A stretch of DNA of 64,000 nucleotides. Source: Cenococcum geophilum. Taxonomy: Eukaryota. The position numbers and the translations under genes are program-made. The stretch is taken from positions 248,001-312,000 of the forward strand of contig CP158635.1 in NCBI GenBank assembly GCA_050273025.1, written 5' to 3'. A model generated the notes under the pieces. It was given only the letters and a program-made list of their open reading frames with translations. It had not been told where the DNA came from and made no database searches. Below, one piece after another: positions 25,801 through 37,454 of the stretch. The stretch's first letter is position 1. Each line of letters opens with the position of its first letter.

Positions 25801-25904
25801 CTTAATAGAATTAACAGTTACCACCATCCTAAAGAGTATACGATACTATACGTATTTCGTGCCCTGGGATATAACTTACTTATACCATTAAGTTGGTACA
25901 AACA
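19868..25904 (+). mobile_element. Element D: full-length Ty1/Copia LTR retrotransposon (GalEa-like), RIP-degraded
   Basis: 219-bp LTRs at 19868-20086 and 25686-25904; TSD ACTTA at 19863-19867 and 25905-25909; domain order gag-protease-integrase-RT-RNase H. Confidence 0.95.
20515..25435 (+). pseudogene. gag-pol polyprotein relic of element D
   Basis: Integrase Zn finger (HRRF.H...KYCSF.QK) at ~22700-22825; KPLYGV.EA.NHWF at ~24313-24355; RT L(Q)TD(D)TL at ~24457-24477; RNase H DN.ADA.TK at ~25325-25351. Confidence 0.88.
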
Positions 25905-26549
25905 ACTTATAACCTAGTTCCCTATTAGTAAATTCCTTTAATATAGTGGCTTTATAACCCTAAATAACCAATATAACCAATAATAGAGACTTTAGCAACT
26001 AAATTATTGGCTATAATAAGTTTTAGGGCAGATAGACTTTTTAGAGCTTCTTATACTGCTAAATAAGAAGCCTAATAATAAGTTTAGAAAAAATAAAAAG
26101 GAGAAGCACCTAAAACAAAAGATGCTTTTAAAAGTGGCTTAGCTTATAGTACCAATAAAGTATAATATAGAATAGTATAACGCAATAAAAGAACTATATA
26201 TAGAAATACGTAGCGTAGGCAAACTAATAATTATATATTTTTATAACTAAAACAATTAATAGCGGTAAAGGTAAAAGGCAACTATATTTTCGGCCTAGTT
26301 AACCTACCGCCCTTATATCTATACTAGCGATACCAGAACTTATAGGGAGGTGGCCTTAAATATCCTATCGCAACTTATAGAAGAACTAATATAATATTAG
26401 AAATACTTTCCTAGGGGGTTAAATACTATCTCCTAAGGTAAACGAAGTTAGTATAAGACTGTAGATATATTAGGGTAGGTAGGATAGGCTAACTTTAGGG
26501 GGGAGGGGGGAGGCGTTTTACGCGGTAACTACTAAATCCTAAACGTAGC

Positions 26550-26635
26550 GCACTACGACCACCAAATTATAGACGCCTTTATACTATAACCGCTAAATTA
26601 TAAACGCCTTTGCACTACAACCACCAAATTATAAA
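26550..26635 (+). repeat. 31-bp tandem repeat, ~2.8 copies
   Basis: Unit GCACTACGACCACCAAATTATAGACGCCTTT at 26550, 26581 and 26612, preceded by a G-rich tract at ~26498-26513. Confidence 0.85.
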
Positions 26636-28400
26636 TATGCTAAAAATTAGAGCCGCCGCTTATAGTTAACGTAGTAATTACTGCCTCTTTTAGCTAAGTA
26701 TATTTTAATCCAAATCTAAGATTTAATATAGTCGCTATCCCGTAATTAAAAATTAAATAAACTAGCAATTACAAATAAGGATTAATATCTATAAGTAAAT
26801 ATCTAAGTAACACTAAGTTATAACTAAATCCGGTATATAAAACTCTATAATATCTAGGAAATACTAATCAATACCAGCTAACGACACGGTTAAATAGCTG
26901 CTATTAAATAGAAAAGGTTATATAAAAATAAGTCACTGCCTTACTCCTAAGCAGTTAAATTAGAAGAGACAATTTATATTAAAGGTAAGTAATTCTAGAA
27001 ATAAGGACTATCCCTAAATATATTAGTATATAATAAGTCCCGCCTCTAATCCTTCTTATAAGTTAGGCATAAGACTTAAAGACTAGGTTTAATTAATAGT
27101 TGCCTTATATATATAAGAGCTGTCCGCCTCTTTAGGTACACTATTAGGCTAACTTATATTTTAAGTGCATATATATAGAGTAGACGCAGTAATAGATTTA
27201 GTGCTTTTTAGTTATTAAGCCTTCGTTATACTAATACTCTAAATTAAATAAATACTCTATAGAACTAAAACAAGGTTAGTAATATATATATAGCTAGATA
27301 ATTACGGGATACTAAGCTAAATACTAGAAAATGCTATTTTAAACGGTAATAAATAACTCCGCTGTAAATGTTTTTTAGCAGTTAGATATAATATACTAGG
27401 TAGTTATATATCTAGTATATAGTAATAAGAACTAAGAATATATTGCCAAATATATAATATATAAGGAGTGCCTTATTATTAAATAAATAAAAGCTTGATT
27501 AGGGTATAGGTTATTTCTTAATTAAATTTTACTTTTATTTATATGTTTAGTTTTCTAGTTCTTTTAGCATTAGTAAGGCAACTAGCCCTAAATTTAAATC
27601 GCGTTATATAAAGGTTAAGATTTTCTTTAGGTTAAAGATATAAGTTCTCTTACCCTTAAAGTCTATAGATACTAGGAAAAGTAGTCGCTAGACCTATTTA
27701 ATAAGAACTCTACCTATTTTATTTTATAGCTTCTATAAGATTAAGGTATCGTAGTCCTTAAAGGTGCAACTAATATTATTCCAAAGTGGCCGCAAATTAA
27801 GGAGAATAAGGTTATGCCAGTTTCCTTTTCTTTAAGGAAAAAAAGCTCTGCTTGCTAATACCTTTAAAGTTTATAAATACCCTTATTAGTTTTGCTAGAG
27901 ATAGTGGTTTTTACGTCTTATATATTAAAGAATATAACCTCCCTAAATATGCCTCACTTTAGCTTAGATAATTACCGGATTAAAAATAGCTAGCTAATAA
28001 TACCGATATTATTGCTATTAGTTGCTATTACCTTAGAGGAGATATTAATTAGAGATAGATTATATAGTATAACCTAGCCCTTTAAAAGGAAGAGACTAAT
28101 AGAATATTTATTATTAAAGTATGCGGAGGGGATATATAAGTAATTACGCCCACTAATTAAGCCAGCTCTTATTAAAATTAGTATTATTTAAAATAGGTAA
28201 CTAAGATAATTGAGTCTAACTCCTACTATTAGAGAAGGGAAAATAATAGTAGTTTATTATATATAGAATAGAAATAGGCCCACTTAATAAGTAGTAAGAT
28301 GCAACTAGTTTGCGTTATTTAAAATATATTTTATCTAATCTCTTTACTAAAAGTCCTAAAATTGTGCTTACTAACCCTAGCCCGCTCCAAACATAAGATC

Positions 28401-30150
28401 CTAAAAGGGAATATTAGCGGCACAAGGTTTCATCCTAAATTTAAAAATATCCTTATTATAACCTCCTAGTTTGCTTACCGGAAACTCTATATACAGAGCC
28501 ATATATTTAAAATCTCCTTTAATACCATTTCTACTAAACCTAACCGTAACGGTACTTGGTAACCCTAACCTAAAGTCCCTTTTAGCTTTGGGTTTAATAG
28601 GGGAATTAGTATATAGATTTATAGTAAATCTAAAACCCTTTTTAGCAGCGCTCGGTGCTATAAAGAATTTAAACACCCTTTTACCTTCTTATAGTTTAGG
28701 TTTAATCGCACGTAGCGCAGTGCTTAGTGCTATAGTAAATTTAAAGTCTTCTCTTGTAAAAGACATTGGGATAGGCATCTAAGTGCTATCTTCGGCTTTT
28801 AAAGTTAAGAGGCCTATTTTAGCGCTTAAAGAAATACATTCTCCTTAGCCACAGCTATTAAAGCTAGGTTTTGGCAAGTCTATATAAGGTATATAAATAG
28901 TAGAGCCTTCTGTTTATTTTATTTAATTGCTAGCCTCCGCTGGTTATAAGTCTATATCTCTATAAGCATTTCTAAAATAATATAATCTTATAATATAATC
29001 TTCTTAATATACGTTATAAATAGTATAAACATTTAAGTCCGCGATAAAGCTTCTACACTATAAGCTTTCCGCTTATATTAATAAAGACTAGTAAAAGAGT
29101 TAAATTAGTAGCTATACGGTAGACACGTATCCTAATTAAGATAACGCTTTAGGGTCTTATGCCTAAACCCCTCTAAAGTTTTAATATGCTTATAATATAA
29201 ATCTAAACGCTAGTAACTTCTATTGCAATCTTTAATAGGATAATCCTACCCTCCTTTTAACTTTAAGGGTTAAAAATGCCTAGCTCCTATATAATACTTA
29301 AGGGCAAGGGTATAACTGGTAACGGCCTTAATAAAGGCGACTTTATCTACTTATATTGTGGGCGATAGCCTAAATATCTTCTTTAAAACACTAACTTACG
29401 TATTAAGATCTCTATACAATATAAATTAACGGTATAATTATAGGTTAGCATCTTTTCTCTTTAATAGATATTAACGTTTAGCAGATCGGGGGTAAGGTAG
29501 AGATGTTTCTACGGATGCATTTATTATATATATTAGTTTCTTTATAAATATTAGTATATATACCATCTATAGCGTATAAAGAGCTACTTACTTCAATCCC
29601 GTTTAAAAGCTATTAGATATATTTAACGGGTAGGCAGTTAGTAGAATATTATAAGTATACATACTAAGGTTTACCCAGCTTATATCTAAGGTCTTACTAT
29701 TTAGGAGCCGTTCCAAAAATGCTTTATTAGAGATAGTTTGGCTTCTTTACCTTAAATGCTTATTTATAGTATATTTATAAAGAAGAGAGTTATATACGCC
29801 CTTTGCTAGCATTATATAGCCCCCTTCGCGTTTATTAAATCATTTCCTCCTTTGCCTTTTTATGCATATTTAAGTAAGCCTCTTAATTTACTATATCTTT
29901 ATAGTCGCCTAAAAGAAAATTTTATATAAGCTTTTTAGGCCTCTATATAGACCTATAGAGGCGTACCGTAGTTTTTATTAAGCCTATATTTACTATAATA
30001 GAAAATTAGTTATATATTAATAGCTTAGGTATTTACTTTTATATTACAATAACGTTTACTAAATATCTTTTCTGTATCTTCTGGTATTTTATATACTAAA
30101 CTCTTACAGTATAGCGGAGATAAGAACACTTATAGTGAACTTAAATATAA
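28401..30150 (-). pseudogene. RIP-degraded gene(s) of unknown function (candidate cargo); boundaries uncertain
   Basis: The 91-aa ORF 28401-28676 extends upstream for at least 80 more codons if TAA/TAG are read as RIP products. An intron-like GTATGT...CTAAC...TAG segment lies at ~29610-29665. Confidence 0.4.
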
Positions 30151-31402
30151 TTATATATTGCTAGTAGCAAATAAAAGGGAATGAATATTAAAGGATATTA
30201 AATAACAGTAATAAAATTAAGCATTTTATTTTTAAATAAAAAGGATTACGGATTAAAAGAGCGTATATCGCTTTAAGCGTTAGAAAAGTAGGGTACCTAA
30301 GATCTCCGTTATTACTAGAGAGTATTAAGAATTAATAAAGTATTTAGGAGCTTGTATTATATAACACCGTATAGGGCCCTCTAAACAAATACTAGATAAG
30401 TAATAAGTATATCCTCCCCACTATCTTAAGCTACTAAAATTTATTACTAATACTATTAAATCTAGTACGCCTATTATAATTAGATTAGATCTTAATATGG
30501 GGCTCCTTATACTAGTGCTTACGGTATAAAGCGTTTATAATTGAGTAGTCCCAATATAAAAGCATCTATAATATAAAAGTGTAAATAATTTAGTAGTTAC
30601 AGTATAAAGGCGTCTAGAATTCGGTAGGCACTATAAGCTACTAAACTATTTAGGGTTCCACTATAATTTAGATAAGAGCTAATTAAGAAGCTAATATTAC
30701 TTTCTTTCCTTAATATTATCCCGGATATAATCTAAGCTAAATTACAAGAGATCCTTAAGGTTAAATAACCTAAGCCTTATTCTGCGACTCCCTATATTTT
30801 ATAAGCCTTAGATATAATTATTTAACAGGCTTAGTAGAAGCTAATTAGATTTATCCCTAAAGCTTATTGCCTATTTAAGAAGATAAGCCGTCTTAAAACT
30901 AAAACAATTTAGGAGTATATATACTCTAAATAATAGTAATAAGCATGGCGCGTGTTCCCTATAAGTATTATAGGTAATTAATATACCCCTTTTTCCTTAC
31001 TCGCTCCTTCTACCTATATAACGTTTTCTAGATAGAGAACTCTCTAAAACTTCTAAAGGTTTAGCTTAGCAGTCCGCTCCCTAATAGTTAGTCTTTTTAA
31101 CTTTTTATATTCTACTCTCCTACTATCTAAAACGCGAAATAGTAGGACGCCTTATACTTTAAATAGAGAGAGATTTAGGGTTCTATATTAGAAATGCTTA
31201 TATTATTACATTAATTATTAATACGTCGGATTATTCCATATATAATATTAGTAATAGCATTATGTTAATACATAGAAACTTTATATCTTACCTCCTCTTA
31301 GTAGTTTATATCTTTAGTTCTATATATTTCTGTATTTTAGACTCTATTAATATTGCATATAAACTTAGCCGTCTACTTTTAACCACTAACTGCCGTAATA
31401 AA

Positions 31403-31918
31403 ATGGAAATAGGTAAGCAAAAGGATACTCTGCCCTATAGTTATTAGAGTTAACAGTTTACCTATAAAGGGGCAGCTACTAATTTGGAAAATTTATATAT
31501 ATAACTATAAAAAGTATATAAAAAGTTACTCTTAAGCGGAGTACTTAAGGCGACACTAACAATCCTATAGGGCTCTACTATATTTAACCGTAGTATATAT
31601 TCCTAACTCTTATAGACGCTAAAAAGCTAACCCACTATTACAATAAATGCCCTAGGGTTTTCTTTTAAGGTGACCTCCTTAAAAGATATAAGGAGCGTTA
31701 TAGGGCAAGGGCTATTACTAGCTATACTTAAGACTTGCAAATCTAAGTGCTAAGCTTAAAGTGGAGAATAAGATTACTACTAAGTAAAAATCCGTGCCTT
31801 TAATGCTCCTTTAAGAAACTTAGGTGTAATAGTAATAGCAATAAACTTTACCTAAGATACTTGCTAGCGGGTTTATAATATATTTGTAAGGGGAGGCGTA
31901 ACTAGGCGAATCTCCTAG
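31403..31918 (+). pseudogene. RIP-degraded ORF of unknown function (candidate cargo)
   Basis: A frame of ~125 codons (31538-31918: GVL.ATLTI...NALGFSF.VTSL...VIGQGLLLA...) is interrupted only by RIP-type TAA/TAG stops. Confidence 0.35.
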
Positions 31919-32225
31919 AAGTATTAAAAGAGGCTAAAAAACTGGTAGAAGAGATAAATAGGAGAATAACAGAAAATAAAGAGGATAAATTAATACTAGA
32001 AGTTCGGCTCTACTTTCTATTTTTAGATTTGTTACAGAGTAAGTATAAGCGACGATAATATATAGCAAGGTAGATATTATTAAGCTATATACATAAACTA
32101 TATAAGGAGGTTAAAACGTTGCGTAAAAAAAGAAGGTAGGAAAACGGGAAGAAAGGGCATATATTGTTAACTTAGTTACTTAGTTAATACGTATATAGGG
32201 TAAAATAGGGTTTAGGTTATAGTCC

Positions 32226-32325
32226 TAGTAAAACTTAATAGAATTTAGTAGAACTTGGCAGAATATAGTAAAATGCCGTAGATTGCTGTTAGATTGCTAT
32301 TAGATTCCTATTAGATTGCTATTTT
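32226..32325 (+). repeat. Short tandem arrays of 10-bp (GCAGAACTTG-like) and 11-bp (AGATTGCTGTT-like) units
   Basis: About 5 degenerate 10-mers followed by about 4 11-mers. Confidence 0.75.
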
Positions 32326-33028
32326 ACAGTTAGTCTCTAATTGCTAAGTTAATGGAAATAGGTAGATGTGTATAAGGTGTTACAGGGGTGTCCCGTAATA
32401 AGATTTATCTATTATCCTATTTTCCTTAAACTCCTTAGCCTTATTTAAATAACTACATTACCCGGAACTAAAATTTCTCTTTAAAAGCATCTCCTGGTAC
32501 TGGATTTGCTTATATTTAGGGTTTTCTAGAATATCGCCGTACGGGTGCGGCCACGTAAGGGATAAGTATTATAGCAATACAGAGCATAGCTAGGCTCCTT
32601 TAGGTTTTATACTTCCACTATAGATTTATAATAATACTGTATTATATACCTCTTCGGTTACTTCTTAGTATTATTCTTTAGTGCTTTTAGCTGATTTTAG
32701 TACGTATAAACCCTCTATAATATGCGTAAAATGTTAAATAAATATCTAATATACTAGGAGAGTTCCCTCCACTAATAATAAAGGATGGTGAATTATTTCC
32801 TAAAAGATATTTTGTTAATACTAATAATATTAGAGTTATATAATTTTAAGGTATTTTAAATATACTAAAGCATTATATAATTACTCTTTACACTAGATCC
32901 TATTAATTTAGGAAATGTATTTTATCTACTAGGCTTTATATAGTAGTGTATTTATAAAGTTGTTTTTATTAGTCTACTTAATTAGTTAGCGAATTATTAG
33001 TAAGGAATATAGTATCTTTAAGACTTAT

Positions 33029-36000
33029 TGTCGGGAATGAGGCAAGCGGTCGTCACGTGTCGTCACGTGTCGCCGCGGCACTAGCGTGGTGAGGAACCTT
33101 AGGTTCCTTACCCACCCCCTAATTCTAAACAATAAGCTTTATTAACCAATATTACTATAACCCTACTCGAGTAGTCGTTATTGGTGAGTCACCCTGTGTG
33201 ACCAACACTGATTAGTGGTTGAATATATAGTTAACTACAGAGCAGCTAGGTTATTGATAGAAGAGATAGTCTCGTGTAGGGGTGCTATATGCGCTTATAT
33301 GGAATGGATCCCGGCGATACTGTACTACCTTAGACTTGCGGAAAACTAGTAATAGAAGTGTTACTGAGTACTAGGAGATACTAAGTTGCGTCTATTATAT
33401 AGAACAATCACGTTTACGAAGATTTGGTTAAGTACTTTAGGTTAGAAGTGTTACTAAACCTAAGGTCCTAAGTCAACGTCTAAAACGCGTCGAATAATAT
33501 CTTAAATTGCCTACCTTTGGACAGCAAACCTACGAGATCCTATAAAACCGAAAATCCTACCTACCTTTGATGTACGACACCTCGTCGATTCTACCTACTA
33601 TGGCGTTAACCTATCCGAAGAAGTACGAGAAAGATATTAACCCGGAGATATGGGATAGAGCTATAACTAACTTTGTAACTGCTAAGTAATAGGACCTAAA
33701 TAGATTCTTAGTATACCGTATAGAACACTATAAAGATAGCGAATATAATGATACCGCGCTATGGTATTGTATAAAGGAGGACTTTATTAGATGGATAAAG
33801 GAAACATAGGTTCCTATAAATAAAGATATTATATAGGACTTCTGTAACTTCCTTTAGGAGTATAGAGTATTTATCCCTATAGATGGGGGTAGTATTAGGG
33901 ACAATATTTAGGAACACGTTATTAATGTAAAGGAAGAGTATAAATGGACTCTATAAGAGATTAAGTACTAACTATGCACTATAAAGAAGCTTAAATTACA
34001 ATAGAACCTAAGTAATATACTACTAGAGACGCGTTCTAACTCTATTGCTCTAGGCACGAGTTCTAATATTCCATATCTATCGCCTCTACCTCTGTCTTTA
34101 ACTCCCCTGTATTAACTAGCTTAACCTATAGCCTTAATTAATAACCCCTAATAAGCGTAAGATCCCCTTATTTTGCGGTCTAACAACCTTTAAACTCCGC
34201 CAACTAGATCTATGTCACTATTATAGCCTATAATATAATATAGCCAAACACTAATTGGAGGCACCTTAAAAATGCTTATAGAGCTTATAAAGCTCTATTT
34301 AGAATAGGAGAAGAAGTTTAGCGGAGAACTGTATAATATCCTTAATTTAAAGTTACGTATCTTCTATAACTGTTGCTAGAAGGTTGGACTAGAACCCAAT
34401 TAATACTATATTGCTTATTTAGTTATGCTTAAGGGCCGAGCTAGTACCTTCTATTATGATTGTTTAGTAGGAAAAGGATATAATTTTAACCGAATAATAT
34501 ATAAAATAAGATGCTACTTTAAAATAGAGGAGAATAAGCAGCAGTATATGTTGGAGTGGAGAGAGACTACTTTTCTAAGAATTATTGCTATAAACCTAGG
34601 TGCCTCTCAACTTGATTGTCTTTAAAAGCTCTTTAATTAACTCTAGACAATTTAGTGTGGTTTATCCAAATTATATTAAAAGGACTTTAGCCTACGCGAT
34701 TAAGTTATTAGCGTATGCTAAGGTATTAAAGAATGTAACCTTGCTTTCTTTAACCCTATAAGTACTTATAAAGGAGTGTATGCTTAATTAAGATCCTCTA
34801 TTGGCACCGCCCTATGCTCTTAAGAAGTATAGCAATTTAACGCCTAACTTTAACCTACTTTGATCAACCTGGCCGACTAATATAATTATAACTGGACTAA
34901 TTAAATATATGGTGGTCGTAGTAGGGGATACAGTAGAGGGTATAATTAACGTCGACTATAAAGCAATTGTGGAGGTCCTTATAGAGGTTTATTTTGTAAC
35001 GATTAATAGAAGAAATGCTACGTTTGTGAGAAGCTAAATTGCTAGTTAACTAGACACCCCCTTAATAGACGAAAGGAGGTATATAATAAGTTTCGCTAGA
35101 GCGCACGAAACGTTAGAAACTAAGAAGTCACTATAGCCTACTTCTAAAGCTTCCTGGTTTAATATAAAGGCGAAGAAGATCTTAAGGGTGAGATTGACGA
35201 GGCTAAACAGCTCCTTATGGATATGGAAATTGAGGACTACTCTCCTAACTAATACTTTACCGAGTATGGTGAGGTAAATGGCGCATAAACCGTTGCTGTC
35301 CTTAATGACTAATTTACGCTCCATTCTGTTATAAGGTTAGATATCTTTAATGAGCTAAAGGAAAGTTCCGCGTTCTCCTTTGACGATAGATACTCGGCGA
35401 ACATCTTTTATGGTATTATGCCAGATACTAAAGCCGCAGGAGTATCTATAGTAGGAGAACCTTAAGTCCGAGCTCTTTAGCAGCTTAATAGTTCTGTCTA
35501 GATTAACTAATTAATGGCAGGCTAATATACAATTTGCTTTAGCAAGGGTACTGTAATCTCTTTTAGCACAATTAAGGTCTAAACCCCGTTAGGATATATT
35601 ACTTTCTACGTTATTCCCACAAATACTTTGTTCCTATTCTGCATCTAAGATATAGATAAATTAGGTGTTAAGCTTGATAACCTTGAGAATATGCTTGTTT
35701 AGGGAGATAATTGGGTGCCCGTTGTACGCAAGTGGGGTTACCCTTGGTTGCTCCTTTAATAGCTAGAAAGGAGCGTTGCTTAGAGTCACTTGACTAAGTT
35801 AGAGCTATATTAACTACATCGTCGTTTTAGCTACCTATCCGTTCACTGACTGCTTAGGGTTCTTTAACGAGCAGGTCATGAAGTTGAGGTTAAGGCGATT
35901 GAATATTTTATAAAGTACTGCTATTACTACTAAATGAACTATCTTAATTGGGGACTACTCTATATACCTATTAATCTTCCTACCGCTAAGCTATTTATAT

Positions 36001-37050
36001 TTGTTAATGGATCGTTTGCAAACAATAAAGATTTTAGCTCCTAGCTAGAATATGAGATTATTATAGCGAACGAATCTACTGGAGAGAATGACTTCACGAT
36101 CTATGGTAATCTTATTTATTAGAGCTTAACTAAGAGTAAACGCGTTACTTAAAGCGTTCTAGCGTTAGAGATATATGGAATAGTTGGTGGAGTTAATATG
36201 GCAATTGCAATTGGAACTACCCTTAAGATAATTATAGATTAACTTAAACTTCCTATTATCCCTATAATCGTATGCACTAACTTATATTCCCTTTATAAGT
36301 ATTTAGTTAAGCTTGGTACCATAAAGGAGAAGCGCCTTATAATTAATATTATGGTACTTTGGCAGTCCTACGAGCGTTAAAAACTCTTTAAAATCTAATA
36401 GATTAATAGCTAAGATAACCTGGTAGATATAATGACGAAGGTAAACCTAAATAAGGCACTAGAGACGTTTGTTAATATAAATACTCTATATATATGAGTT
36501 AAAGGTTAGGTTAAGAGGGAAATTTAGAGAAGTTAAGATCTTATAGAACTTTAACCGCCGGTTAAAGTTGTCTAATTGGTTAGATTCTTGCCAAGAGCGC
36601 CATACCTAATTAATTCGGGTGGCGGTGTGGAGTTCTACTAACGCTATTTATTAAGCTGGCTAATTAGGATTTTTTATCCCCGGGATAGAAAATCGCCATT
36701 GGCTTGGCTAAGAGCGGTAAGCGGAACTAACATCTTTGCACGAACCCGTATATCTACCTATACTACCTCTTCCCCTTTATTTCTTCTTCTTCTTCTCCTT
36801 AGCTTTGTATCTTTATATAGTAGCAATCTATAAGTGTATATAAATGGTAACTATAAAAGAAGAGTTGCTAGTGTTAGGAATGAGGCAAGCGGTTATTACG
36901 TGTCGTCACGTGTCGCCGCGGCACTAGCGTGGTAAGGAACCTTAGGTTCCTCACCTACCCCCTAATTCTAAACAATAAGCTTTATTAACTAACATTACTG
37001 TAACCCTACTTAAGTAGTCGTTATTGGTGAGTCACCCTGTGTGACCAATA
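33029..37050 (+). mobile_element. Element C: internally deleted Ty1/Copia (GalEa-like) LTR retrotransposon
   Basis: 179-bp LTRs at 33029-33207 and 36872-37050; TSD CTTAT at 33024-33028 and 37051-37055. Gag, protease, integrase Zn-finger and RNase H relics are present; integrase core and RT are missing. Confidence 0.93.
33600..36527 (+). pseudogene. gag-pol relic of element C with a deletion at ~35940
   Basis: CYVCEK..C at ~35016-35043; GIMPDT at ~35413-35430; LHRRF.Y at ~35815-35835 then KYC..; jumps to F(V)(D)GSFANNKD at ~36000-36033 and DN.(A)D.MTK at ~36415-36440. Confidence 0.85.
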
Positions 37051-37454
37051 CTTATAAAACAGTTAACTAAGAATTTAATTAGTGCCCCTTATCTAAAAAG
37101 TATAATTATATTCTTCTACTTTATGGCGATCCCTTTTAACATATTAGGAGGCGTATTTTATCACTAAGCCTCTTAACGTAAGTATAACTTTATAAAATTT
37201 TGGATAAGATTAATTAGCTAGTTAAGGTATACTATCCATAAGATCCCTATCTATTCTATTAAATACTAAAATAGAATTGGATAATAGATTAATAAAATAA
37301 ATAAAAAGCGACAAAGAATAATAAGATTAGCGTATAATAACTAGGAAAAAGTTCTATATATAAGGAACGTATAGTTTTAAATTTACTAGTTATATACCTT
37401 TTTATAAGTACCAGAGGGTCAGTATAGGATCCTCGCATAGGTAAGGCAACTTAC

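Noticed and set aside
28471..28782. 103-aa plus-strand ORF
   Set aside because: Antisense shadow of the more plausible minus-strand frame; no recognisable motif.
31262..31447. 61-aa ORF as a small secreted protein
   Set aside because: Hydrophobicity reflects AT-rich codons; no other support.
32381..32400. TA-CAGGGGTGTCCC resembling a Tc1/mariner-type TIR
   Set aside because: No partner inverted repeat or transposase relic found in the window.
34425..35324. ORFs 34425-34625 and 35046-35324 as independent genes
   Set aside because: The first is a stop-free fragment of Copia C gag; the second is antisense to it.
36533..36595. Hammerhead ribozyme interpretation of the shared module
   Set aside because: The CUGAUGA and GAAA catalytic core is not present in the required arrangement on either strand.
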